The notes under the pieces are model-generated. The model was not told the origin of the DNA. It worked only from the letters and a program-made list of their open reading frames with translations, and searched no databases. The position numbers and the translations under genes were made by a program. A stretch of 64,000 nt of DNA from Strigamia acuminata. Lineage: Eukaryota. This document shows, in pieces, positions 34,426-46,328 of the stretch (positions are counted from its first letter, which is position 1; the number at the start of each line of letters is the position of its first letter). Location: assembly GCA_949358305.1 (NCBI GenBank), contig OX442314.1:25668001-25732000 (forward strand), in the 5' to 3' direction.

Positions 34426-37400
34426 ATGGAACCAAAAAGTTACACAAACATCATGTTTGAATACTATCAAAGCATTATTTTGATAGCAATCATAACTATA
34501 TTGCTATATTTAAAACCACGAAAAAATTTACCACCGGGACCATGCGGATTGCCAATAGTTGGATATCTCCCATTCTTAAAACAACCGTCTTATAAAGCGG
34601 TCACGAAATTGGGAAAAAAGTATGGAAATGTCGTTAGGTAAATATTAGCAAATAAAAATTTATTAGGAACTTTTTAAAAATATTTGTATAGTTTCTATTT
34701 AGGGAATGTGTTGGTGATTGTGTTGAATGATTACAATGCCATCAAAGAAGCTTTCGTAAAGCAGGGAAACATATTTTCTGGGAAACCCAAAGTTCATATT
34801 TTTCGTTTTAGTAAAACTGCTAAGGGTAATATTTTGTGTTGACTTTCTGCACAGTTGATTTTATAATTTTGGTTTCAGGTCTAATGAATGCAGAAGGTGA
34901 AACAGCGAGTCAGCATCGACGTTTCATTCTTTCAAGTTTCAGAGAAGTTGGAATGGGTAAAACGAGTCTCGAGCCACAATTAATGGTACATGTTTACATA
35001 AAACATTTTCTACTTATGAAACAGTCAAATTTGAAATCACCAATCACGTGTCAAAAAAATATGAAATTGTGAACTTTATCAAGTCATCAGATTAGCAAAC
35101 AGGAGTATCTACGATAATTGATTTTACTTTCAAAACAAGGCGAATAAACTACACTTTAGATTTTTCAATGACGTACTTGCTGCCCTCAAATTGCTTGTTT
35201 AAACATAGTAACTTGTAACCCTCCCCGTTAAAGCTGAAGATCTGTCTTGATGAAAGTAGTAACATTTGTGTGGTAATGTTTGCATACCCTGAATTAAAAT
35301 TGAAGTAGTTTGATGACTGGTGATTTGAATACGGCATTCAATTCAGATAGCACATATAGGTTTGCCAGAGAAACCTGATGCTTTTAAAATTTTCGGGTAC
35401 CCGTTCCAACAGCGAATCATCTAAGGGCGAATTTCCAAAATTTGCCATTGGAAAGCTATTTTAACGTATCCAATGGCGAATCTGGGAAAATTCGCCATTG
35501 GAAACGTATATATTGAAATTCGCCATTGGAAACGTTAATTGCGTTTCCAATGGCGAATCTGTGGGCGTCATCTACCACGACTTCCAATTCATGTCGCCCT
35601 AGATGTGCGCCTCTGTGGCTAATTTCTACCAATTCGCCATTAGAAAGGTCCAAATACGTTCCCAATGGCGAATTGGGAGAAATTTGCCATTGAGACTGCT
35701 TTTGGACAGAATAAGATCGAAATTCGCCATTCGTCCGAATGGCCAGATTCACCGTTAGGCGATTCGTCGTTGGAACGGCACCCCAAATTTTCATTTGAAA
35801 CTAAAACCATTATACGGAGTTTGAAATGCCATTCTTATATCTGCAAAATTATATCACTCGGATGCTTTCCTTGTGAGCCAGAGACCTGAAAATTTTTATA
35901 TGCTTATTTCTAAGCCACCATTTTGACTAGAGTAGTCATTGTTAGGGGAAGCAATACCTCAACCAACGCCATTTTAGACATAATGGTTCTAGTTTCAAAT
36001 AAAAATTTGAAATAGTTACAGAATACCGGTATTATATTTTCAAAATCATCAGGTCTCTTTGGCTCGCCCTGGATCTGGAATTAATTTTAAAATTAATTTT
36101 AGGTCGAAATTAAATGTTTTTTGAATGAAATCAGAAAGGAAAATGGAAAGCCAATGGATTTGGAGCACACCTTACATGCAAGCATCTCAAACGTAATAGC
36201 AATGTTTGAATTTGGAAATCGATTTGAATACTCTGACAAAGAATTTAGGCAGCTAATAAAAATAGTTTCAAATAATGGGACATTCCTTAGTGCTTTGTCA
36301 AAACATATATTCCTTCCTTGGATAAAATATATCCCATTTACAGGCATGTCTGCAGGATTTCAAAAACTAAAGTATTTATTCTTTAACATCATTCATCCCG
36401 TGTTGTACAGACATAGATCATCAAAAGTATAACTTGTGTTTTATATTTTAAGAGATGCTAGAATATTTATGGCAAAGTTCTTTCCTAATAAATTGCAACA
36501 ACATGAAAAGAGCTATGTTGAAGGAAGCAGGACAAATTACATTGATGCTTATCTCACCGAAAGAAATTCTATCATAAAAAAAACAGGCTCTGAAGGATAT
36601 TTTAGTAGTAAGTCTAAAACGAGTAATACCTTGTTCGCACAAGAAAGTTTGGGCTAGCCCAAAGTTTAAATCTGGTTCTGGCCTGATATTGGCTTAAAAA
36701 GTCAGGCTAGAGCGTTCGCACCAAAAAGCAAAAAGCCACATAACTTATCTAGGCTAGCATGCAGCCAATAGACAATCAACTGACCATGTTACGCCCAGAA
36801 TTATGGGAAGTGACCTTAGCAGTTATCTAGTTCTTTGGCAATTATCTAGTTCACAAGACAGGATTAGAATTATCTAGTTTAAAAATTTTTAAACTAGATA
36901 ATTTTAGGCTAGATGCGTTTTAGGCTAGATTTAAACTTTGGGCTAGCCCAAACTTTATGGTGCGAACAAGATACCGGGTGGCCCACACAAAACTGGCCCA
37001 ACAATACAAGGAGGGTTACGAAGTGCCATCAAATCTGAAAAATTCGGACAAAAATTGATGCAAAATGCAAATATCTCGAGAACGAAAGCTCGGATCGTCA
37101 AAAACTAAATTAGTTAATGGGAAATAGAAATTTGCAAATGGGACAAAGTTTCAGAATACAGTGACTCAAAAAATTGTTCACATGTTTGTGGTAGTATCTT
37201 TAATTGGCAAAAAAAAGATATATAACGATTCTCACATGGAAGAACGACGCTTTTTCAGTCATATCTTTTTTGTTTTTTGAAATTTTTAAAAATTATTTAC
37301 TTTTTCTGAAAGATCATGAGCTATTTGTGTTAAAATTTAAAATATTTTCTTTCTGAGAAATCGTTATATATCCTTTTTTTGCCAAATAAAGGTACTACCA

Positions 37401-38269
37401 CAAACATGTAAACAATTTTTTGAGTCACTGTAGCTCTAATGTTTTCTCTTGGTGAATAAGTGACTATTTTTCATATCTTGTTTTCAGAGGAAGAACTGTT
37501 ATTTAATTTGAGAGTTCTGTTTGCTGCTGGTATAGGACCAACAACTGGATCTTTACTTTGGAGCATTTTTTACATCCTGAAATATCCACAAATGGGGAAC
37601 AAAATATTACAAGAAATTAACGACGTTATAGGTCAGCATAGAGATCCAAGTTACAATGATAAAAGCAAGATGCCTTATACAGAAGCTTTTACGCTGGAAG
37701 TTCACAGGCACAGTTTATTATTTCCATTCTCTCTTGTTCACAGGTTTGGAAATAGAAATAGAAGAGCGGGGATTGCCTATAATTCTATATTTATGTGTAA
37801 AATTCATTGTCTGACATAGCAATATGGAAGAAACCAGTCTTTACGGATTCACCATTCCGAAAGGCTCTTACGTGGTAGGAAATCTGTGGGCAGTACATAA
37901 CGACAAGAATCTGTGGAAAAATCCTGGTGAATTTAATCCAGAAAGATTTATTAATGGGCAAGGAAAAGTCGAAAAACCAGAACACCTCATTCCTTTTTCC
38001 ATAGGTAAAGTGAGAAAGAGTTTTAAAAATCTCATCCTAAAAATCAAATCATATGTTTGTCTAATATCTCAATTTTTTCTTATATTAAAATAGGCAAACG
38101 AAACTGTATTGGAGAGTCCCTAGCAAATATGCAATTTTTTCTTTATTTAACAACATTGCTGCAAACTTTTCGTATAAAACTGCCACAAGGAGAAACATTA
38201 TCAACTGGTGCTGAAGGTAGAAATGGGCAGTTTCCGAAAAGCTTCAAAATTTGTGCGATAACAAAGTAG
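34426..38269 (+). CDS. CYP-A, duplicate copy
   Basis: Same exons as 703-4546 at +33723. Confidence 0.92.
35395..35784. mobile_element. Duplicate of MITE 1672-2061
   Basis: Offset +33723. Confidence 0.75.
36627..36973. mobile_element. Duplicate of MITE 2904-3250
   Basis: Offset +33723. Confidence 0.8.
37159..37430. mobile_element. Duplicate of Tc1/mariner MITE 3436-3707
   Basis: Offset +33723. Confidence 0.88.
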
Positions 38270-38862
38270 AGAATTTAATTCATTAACTTTTAAATGTTGA
38301 AAAACTTGACGTAATTTCCCTGTTTTAAGTATTAAATCTATTAGTAAAGTATGTAGAAAAAATTATCCACCCAATAAAAACCTGGAATTATTAGCCAATA
38401 ATTATTTTCATTTCAGAACAATATTTTTGGCAGTTTAGATAAATAGCAAAAAAAGAAAATTATATTGTAGGATGGAAAACAAATTACAAATACAGTAACA
38501 TGTGTCGCGCTTGGTCTGTCAGTTTTTTTTGGGTTGACGTTCACACTCAGAATCTAAGAGTTGAGGCTCGGTCGAGAGCTGAGTGAGAAGTGATTATGTA
38601 AAGTTAAATTGCCCAGAAAAAAACGTTTAGTGGACGTATATGCTCGAAACGTCCAAGCCCTTCCGGGTGATGTATTAGGGGCCGAAATACACAATGTCCA
38701 ACAAAACCAAAACAAATTCGTGTGATATAATATGCGAAATGTCATTTCAATGTCATTTAATGAGTCCAAACATCAGTTATTGATAAGATAAACTATAAAC
38801 CAACTTAACCGATAACAGCATAAGACAGTCACAGTCACATAGAACATCTTACTACTATAAGT

Positions 38863-41419
38863 ATGGAACTAAAAAAATTCACAGACATCATGTTTGAATA
38901 CTATCAAAGCATTATTTTGATAGCAATCATAACTATATTGCTATATTTAAAACCAAGAAAAAATTTACCACCGGGACCATGGGGATTGCCAATAGTTGGA
39001 TATCTCCCATTCTTAAAACAACCGCCTTATAAAGCAGTCACGAAATTGGGAGAAAAGTATGGAAATGTCATTAGGTATGTATTAAATCCCAAACACAAAA
39101 TGTCATTATTATTATTATTTTTTACTATTTGTTTAGTTTTTACTTTGGGAATATATTGGTGATAGTGTTGGGTGATTATAACGTTATCAAAGAAGCTTTT
39201 GTGAAGCAAGGAAACATATTTTCTGGGAAACCCAATTTTAATCCTTTTCGTTTCACTAAAACAGCTAAAGGTAATGGTTTACTTGATTACTTAATGTTAT
39301 GTTGGTTTTATGATCGTGGTTTCAGGTCTTATGGTGGCAGAAGGCGAAACAGCGAACCAGCACCGACGCTTCATTCTTTCATGTTTCAAAGATTTTGGAA
39401 TGGGTAAAACCAGTCTCGAGCCACAAATAATGGTACATGTTTGCATATACCACTTTTTGCTTATGAAACAATGAAATTTGAAATCACCAATCACCTGCCA
39501 AAATAAAATTAAATTGCGGACTTTATCAAATAATCAGACTAGTGTAACAAGGATGTTGTGATAACTACACTCCTTTCTATCATAGTCAGATCTTTGAACA
39601 CTCTGAGATGCTGTGTCCGCATTTCTGGTTTTTTATTCATTTATGCATTTCAAGAAAATGCATTTGTGATTCAGTTCTGCATTTAAAATAATGCAACACG
39701 GAAATCCCTTACTACTTACTTCACCTTTTTCTTGATTTTCGTTCTGACGCCAAGAAATTAGCGGGTGCTTGTTTCTGGCCGAGAAAAGTAGCCAAACCGA
39801 TCAAAGACGAGCTCAGGAATCGGTTTCTGCATTCAAAAGTTGCATAGCATGCACCGTTTGGGAGATATGGCAAAAACCAAGTTTTTCGCCTGTAACTTTA
39901 CAACGGTACACGATATGAATAAATGGATTTCAGAAATGATTCCTCAGCTCATTTCCGATCGGATAGGCTTGTTTTCCCAGTCAGAAACGACCTGCAACTT
40001 TCTAGATATCGCATCTGGAACTGATTTTAAAATAAATTTTAGGAAGAAATTAAATGTTTTTTGGATGAAATCAGAAAAGAGAATGGAAAACCTATGGATT
40101 TGAGACATTCATTACACGCAAGCATCTCAAACGTAATAGCAATGTTTGAATTTGGAAAACGATTTGGATACTCGGACAAAGAATTTAGCCGGTCAATAAA
40201 AATAATAACAAATACAGGGCAATTCCTTGGAGCTATGACAAGACAGACATTTCTCCCTTGGATAAAATATATTCCACTTCCAGGCATGACTGCAGCATTT
40301 CAAACCCTAAAGTACTTAATATCACGCATCCTCACTGCTGACTGCTGATGATCTTCAAAATTGTTACTTTAAAGTAGTTCGCGAATATTAATGACGAACT
40401 TCTTTTCTGAAAAACTGCAACAAAATGAAAACAACTATGTGGAAGGAAGCAGGACACATTACATTGATGCTTTTCTCACTGAAAGAAATTCTATCATCAA
40501 AAAAACAGGCTCCGAAGCAAATTTTAGTAGTAAGTCTGAAACGAGTAATGGGAAATCAAAATGTGGAAATGGGAAATATCTCGTAATCTTTTCTCATCAG
40601 GGATAAATAACTATTTTACATTTCTTATTTTCAGAGGAAGAACTATTAGCTAATTTAAGAGTTCTGTTTGCTGCTGGCACGGACACAACTACTGCAGTTT
40701 TACTTTGGAGCGTTCTTTACTTCTTGAAATATCCAGAAATGGGAATCAGAGTGTTACAAGAAATTAACGACGTTATTGGTCAAAACAGAGATCCAACTTT
40801 CAATGACAAGACCAATATGCCTTATACGGATGCTTTTATGCTAGAAGTTCACAGGCACAGTTCATTACTTCCATTTTCGCTTGTTCACGGGTATGTATAA
40901 AGAAATATAATGTTGTCCTTACCAAATATAACCGAATTTCATTATAATTCTATTTATTTATATCTAATATCCATTATCTGACAAAGCAATATGGAAGAAA
41001 CCACTCTAAACGGATACACTATTCCAAAAGGCTCTTACATAGTAGGAAATCTGTGGGCAGTACACCACGACAAGAATCTGTGGGAAAATCCTGATGAGTT
41101 TAATCCAGAACGATTCATCAATGAACATGGAAAAGTGGAAAAACCGGAATATTTAATTCCTTTTTCAATCGGTAAACTTCGATAATCTACAGTTCTAAGC
41201 AATATTAATTGAAAATCACAAGTGTTTGCTATTTTAACAATAGGTAAACGAAATTGCATTGGAGAAGCCTTAGCAAATACGACATATTTCCTCTATTTCA
41301 CAACATTACTTCAACATTTTGAAATCAAACTTCCAGAAGGAAAAACAGTATCAATGGAGAATCAACTTGGGATTATAAGATTGCCTGAACCGTTCAATAT
41401 TCGTATGATAACAAAGTAG
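38863..41419 (+). CDS. CYP-B, duplicate copy
   Basis: Same exons as 5140-7696 at +33723. Confidence 0.92.
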
Positions 41420-42272
41420 TAACCTTACAATAAACAGTACACCCCTTCAATACCTCAAATGAACCTCCGAACAAAGCTCACATTCATACAACAGACATGT
41501 AAACATAATAAACATAACAGTAAACATAATAAATCATCTGATAACACGAGAATTTTGTGTAAAATCCTGTGCTGACTGTAGTGGAACGATAAAAACAGCA
41601 CGACCTTTGGATCGTCGTATTCAAGGTCTCTCTTAGTCACGAATTTCATAGTTGTATCAAATGATGTTTTCATTATGACTCAAAATGTTGAATTAATATT
41701 TCATTATCTTTGTAACACAAGGAGGTCATCATCCTATTAACAAATAGTTCTAATACTCATGTTGAGTTAATTCTTTATTGAATGTCACCTGGTGTAAAAC
41801 ATGTAACACAGTTGCAGTGTTTTATTAAAGGCGCCAACTTTTTCCAATATTTTTTCATTTTTTATTTTAAAATACTCATACGCACTGATCACGTTAAATT
41901 AAGATAGAATTACGTTTTATGTTTTGTGTTTTGGATTTGCACTAAATTGTCTCACCAAATCCCTAATTCTAATTTTCGTTCGCTCAAATTAATTAATTTT
42001 AGTAAGTGCGTACTAAAAAATCCCAACAAAGCGCCAACCATTTAATCTAATCATTCAAGTCTCATATACCAAGGTCAAAAGCAAATGGCCATCATATCTA
42101 TTTTTTTAAATATCGTCGTATATAAAGGATTATCATTATCAACATCAACCTTTTTAGCACATAACTGCAATGACAATGGAACTAACAAATTTCAACAATA
42201 TCATTTACGAATACAGCCAAATTATAACTGGGCTGACAATCATCATTACTGCGTTGCTGTACTTGAAACCAC

Positions 42273-43093
42273 TGTGGTGACCCAGTTGGATAAGTGTCCC
42301 CCCAGGGCGGATACTTGTCCTATGAGTCACTATGATTAAAGAGTCGTTCCCCCCCGAGTTGGCTCCACCTCCCCATGGCAGGTGTGTGCCCCGAGGGGGA
42401 GGAAGCGGCTGGTGGTCAGCCCCCATTGGTTGATCGCCGGCCCTTCACCCCACTGCATAAAAGGCTGTGTTTCCCGCCTAAAGACAGAACTTACACAAAC
42501 GACACCAAGAACACAGCAACTACCTCACCGTCAGGCCAACTTCAACTACAAGTTAGGATTGATCGAGGATCGCTGAGTAAAGTGCAAACTGTAACTCTCA
42601 CGAAGTCACTTGCGAGCTATTCCTGCGAAAGCACGAGAATAGCCCTTGTGAAATCACCCAGAATAATCGCCCAGACGATTATTCGCCGAAGTAAGTGTCC
42701 GAGTGCTTTGTAGGGAACCCCAAAGTTCCTAGACGAGGCCTCTGCGACGCTAAACCAAAACCTAGACAACAGGCACGGATAGAAGACTCGAAAGAGCATT
42801 CCACCGCGTCCGTGAAGACGAATCCGTGACGAATTAACGACAACTCGAGACGCCGCCTTTGTTCCGCCGACCACGCGGAATCGACGACGCCATCTTGAGA
42901 AATCCTTTGTTCGACGCTGACCACGTCGACTCTAGAATTATTACTGAGTGTATTTTAAAGGCATAAAGCCTGGTGAATAAATTACCTGTTTATTTACATA
43001 CATTTAGTATTCATTTGGGTATTTGCATAATTGATCACAGGTAAAGTATTACACGTTAGCGCTATTTAAACCTATACCAAGTAGGACGCGACA
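42273..43093 (+). repeat. 5' LTR
   Basis: TGTGGTGACC...GGACGCGACA; no differences from 54323-55143 noticed. Confidence 0.97.
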
Positions 43094-43095
43094 CG

Positions 43096-43113
43096 TGGGG
43101 GCCCGTCCGGGAT
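43096..43113 (+). other. Primer-binding site, tRNA-Pro
   Basis: TGGGGGCCCGTCCGGGAT, one mismatch from canonical PBS-Pro TGGGGGCTCGTCCGGGAT. Confidence 0.9.
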
Positions 43114-43187
43114 TTAGAAATAAATCTCAAATCTGAACTTGTGATCTCTCAATAAGATAACCCAAACCGTAGAATTACCGAAAGAAA

Positions 43188-46100
43188 ATGTCAGACAAAG
43201 ATGAGCAATCCACGTCTGACACCGAGCAGAGAATGCCCGAGAAGGGAAAAAGGACCTCCGACTACCACCTAAGGTCGGATGGTCCCGTCCCTGAAATGTC
43301 CGCAAAGGCGAAAGCCCGAGCGAATAAAAGGAGAGCGAAGGCGCAGAAAGAGGAGCAAGCTGCATCGCTCGCGGCCCTAGACGGGCCAGAGCGAGAGCGG
43401 GTTCCCTTGAATATGCAACCCTTCGAAGATACCGATCCGGAAGCCATAGAAAATCGAGAAGAAATTCGCGAGGTATCACCAGGACGAGTATCGATATTGA
43501 TGACCGAGGAGACGGATGAAGCTCCGAAAAGAACGGTCACGATCGGCACAGACCCATCGCCACCAACGGCTCAGACGTCCGTAAAACAAACCCCACGGAA
43601 AAACGACGGCGGGACCCCGATAACCCCCCGAGTTACGGCGAGTCCTGCAGTTGTTTCCTTCGAAGTATCTCACCTAATTCGGTTGACGCAGCAAGCTGCC
43701 CAGCTAAAAGCGATGATAGACATTCCAGTAGGAACGTCAGTCTGGGAATCGATTACCCTACTCACTGACGCTATCTGTGCGGCACAAGCCCCGACGCCGG
43801 TCGCAAGACCAGCAGCGGAGACGCCCATGCCCCAGGTAACGCCCAGTGACACCGGAGGTTTCGCGCCAGACCCCAACCGAACACTTCACGAATCCAGAGA
43901 GAAGGCCCGCGAGGAAGCCAGACAAGAAGCGACTAGTCGCCAACGAAGGCTGAGCGCAGAGCGGCGAGAACTCTGGAAGGAAGAGGAAGAAAGGGAGCAA
44001 CGCGAGAGAAGAACCACCGAGAGAACAGAGAAACTGGTCCAAAAAATGAGGGAAGAACGAGAAGCTAAAATTCGAAAAGAATGGAACGCAACAGTAGAAG
44101 GGCGACATCGAGAAGCTCAAGAGTACGAGGACCAATTTCAAGCGCTAATAGCTCAAAGAAAAACAGAAAAACTACAAATGTTGCGAAAAGAGGCCATTCT
44201 ACAACATCAGAAATGGGAAGAACAACATCGCGAGAGGTTGAGAGAAGAGGAAGCCAGAAAAGGAAAAGAACAGTTTCTGAAAGAGAAAGAAGAGTGGGAT
44301 CGAGTCAGATGGACCGAAGAGTACAAAGCGAAGAAACAAGCTATAATAGATGAGCAAAAAAGATGGGAAGCCGAAAACTGGGAGAAGGAGACAGAAAAGT
44401 TCCAGAAAGAGTACGCACAAGACGTCTCGGACAGGAAGAAAAATGAAGAAAACCTGAAACGGAAACCAGAACCCCCCAGCGGCTCTGATACCGACACAGG
44501 AGAAGGTGCAACAAAGCCGGCAAAAACGGCGAAAAGGGGGAAATCTCAAAAGAGAGACGAGTCGGTCCCAAAAACAAAGGGCCGTCACCCCTCAAAAAGA
44601 TCCGAGACGGGAGCAGCCATCGACGCGTTACTCGAAAAGAAAAACGCAAATAAAAATCGGGAACGCCCCGAAAGCGAGGAAAACAGATGGCATTCTTTTT
44701 ACGAGAACAACGACGGAGGGGAGCCGCCGCCATCCGGAGGCTCGAAACAGAAGAAGGCTGGCGGAGAGACCCCACCGAGAGGGCCGAGGTTTCACCCCCA
44801 AGGAGATCCCTCCGAGCCCTCCGATTCGTCGGACGACGACCATCCGAGTCGACCGTCTACAGGGAGGAGTCAAGAAGACAGCGATGGGCACCGGTCGAAC
44901 CGGCCGAATGCTTCAGACCGCTCCTCCCGGAGCTCCAACCCTCGTTCGGAGGAAGGGAACTTTCAGGACTCATCTGGCCGACATTACACGATGTCTGAGC
45001 TAGGCCGAGCCCTGCTGAACTCTTTCAGAAGAGAAGGAATAGATCTAGGCCATCCAGGCGACGAACATAATCGCGCCGGAGAGAGGGTTAAGCGCAAATA
45101 TGGCGTACGAAACGAACCAAGCAGCGAAGCCACGGGTAACATCCGTTGGCAACACTACATACAAACACGATTCGACGGTTCGTGGAAGGCCGGAGACCGC
45201 TTCCTAGACGAAGTAATGCGTATCAAGAAAGCGACAAAAGCCACCGTCGCCGACATGCTAACCCACGGTCTAGTGGAGCTAACCACGGGGTCAGCTCGAG
45301 AATGGTATCAGGGACTGAAAAACCCAACCTGGGACGATTTTCTCGTCCGTTTCGATCTCCGATACGGCGAGACTCCAGACGAGATCAGTAACAAATTACG
45401 TGGTCTACGGCAAGCCCCAGGAGAAACATTAGCCGACTACGACGCCCGAGCGAAACTCCTGTTTGCAAGAGCGCCGTACGAAATAAACCCCGCTGGTTTT
45501 ACGATGATCTTTTACGGAGGATTATCGGCCCACTCGCAAAGAATTCTGCTAGACATGCGTGCACCTCGCACTGGCGATTACCAAGATGTCAGTAACTATC
45601 TTCTAACAAACACGTTAGAAATAGAACAGCGGTATTACGCCACTCTGCCCCCGGAGGAAGCTGACGCACACGAGAAACGGTTGCAGACGAGTGCCGAACG
45701 TCACAAGACCTCAGAAAAATTAATGAGGCCAAGTGAATATTTGAGCGGCATAATGAGTCTCACCGAAGCATCCTTCGGACGAATGCTGACGCCTAAAGCA
45801 GGCAGTATTCTTCCAGCCAACCCGATAGCTGCCCCAAAGAAAGCACCGGCAGCAACGGCGATGCAGGTGACCTCGACGGACTCCACCCAGATGGAGAAAG
45901 TCGAAGAGACAACACCTCTCGCCACGGCTAAAGAAGAGGAGCCAGCATCAAGCGACGAGGAAGCCCTAAATGAGCACCTCGAAAACTTGTCGACGGGATG
46001 CGACGATCAAGGTCCCTATTTGCACCATGCACACCGGGCCTTAGCAATCGCACAATTCAGAGCACACGTGCAGGCAACAAAAGCGAGAGGGGCATTGGGA

Positions 46101-46328
46101 GGAAAAAGACGATTCCCGACGCCCTTCGTCCCGAAAAAACCGGGATTCACTCCCACAGGGGATAAAAGTAACATCAAATGTTACAGCTGCGGAGAATACG
46201 GTCACTACTCCGACAAATGCGAAAAAACCGTCAAAGAAAAAGGCATCATGCAAACCTTGATGAAAATGATGATGGAGTTAAATACTAATCTAGCAAAAAA
46301 CTCCCAAGCGCAGGCGTCGCCGAAATAA
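43188..46328 (+). CDS. gag: Gag polyprotein, 1046 aa, with long charged N-terminal extension
   Basis: First ORF after the PBS. Capsid-like region (AREWY..WDDF..F..RY..LRQ..GE) and CCHC knuckle CYSCGEYGHYSDKC. Confidence 0.92.
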   Translation: MSDKDEQSTSDTEQRMPEKGKRTSDYHLRSDGPVPEMSAKAKARANKRRAKAQKEEQAASLAALDGPERERVPLNMQPFEDTDPEAIENREEIREVSPGRVSILMTEETDEAPKRTVTIGTDPSPPTAQTSVKQTPRKNDGGTPITPRVTASPAVVSFEVSHLIRLTQQAAQLKAMIDIPVGTSVWESITLLTDAICAAQAPTPVARPAAETPMPQVTPSDTGGFAPDPNRTLHESREKAREEARQEATSRQRRLSAERRELWKEEEEREQRERRTTERTEKLVQKMREEREAKIRKEWNATVEGRHREAQEYEDQFQALIAQRKTEKLQMLRKEAILQHQKWEEQHRERLREEEARKGKEQFLKEKEEWDRVRWTEEYKAKKQAIIDEQKRWEAENWEKETEKFQKEYAQDVSDRKKNEENLKRKPEPPSGSDTDTGEGATKPAKTAKRGKSQKRDESVPKTKGRHPSKRSETGAAIDALLEKKNANKNRERPESEENRWHSFYENNDGGEPPPSGGSKQKKAGGETPPRGPRFHPQGDPSEPSDSSDDDHPSRPSTGRSQEDSDGHRSNRPNASDRSSRSSNPRSEEGNFQDSSGRHYTMSELGRALLNSFRREGIDLGHPGDEHNRAGERVKRKYGVRNEPSSEATGNIRWQHYIQTRFDGSWKAGDRFLDEVMRIKKATKATVADMLTHGLVELTTGSAREWYQGLKNPTWDDFLVRFDLRYGETPDEISNKLRGLRQAPGETLADYDARAKLLFARAPYEINPAGFTMIFYGGLSAHSQRILLDMRAPRTGDYQDVSNYLLTNTLEIEQRYYATLPPEEADAHEKRLQTSAERHKTSEKLMRPSEYLSGIMSLTEASFGRMLTPKAGSILPANPIAAPKKAPAATAMQVTSTDSTQMEKVEETTPLATAKEEEPASSDEEALNEHLENLSTGCDDQGPYLHHAHRALAIAQFRAHVQATKARGALGGKRRFPTPFVPKKPGFTPTGDKSNIKCYSCGEYGHYSDKCEKTVKEKGIMQTLMKMMMELNTNLAKNSQAQASPK

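Noticed and set aside
42375..42924. Short ORFs in the Gypsy LTRs and antisense ORFs across gag, pol and ORF3
   Set aside because: Expected by chance in GC-rich sequence and as shadows of real ORFs; no motifs.
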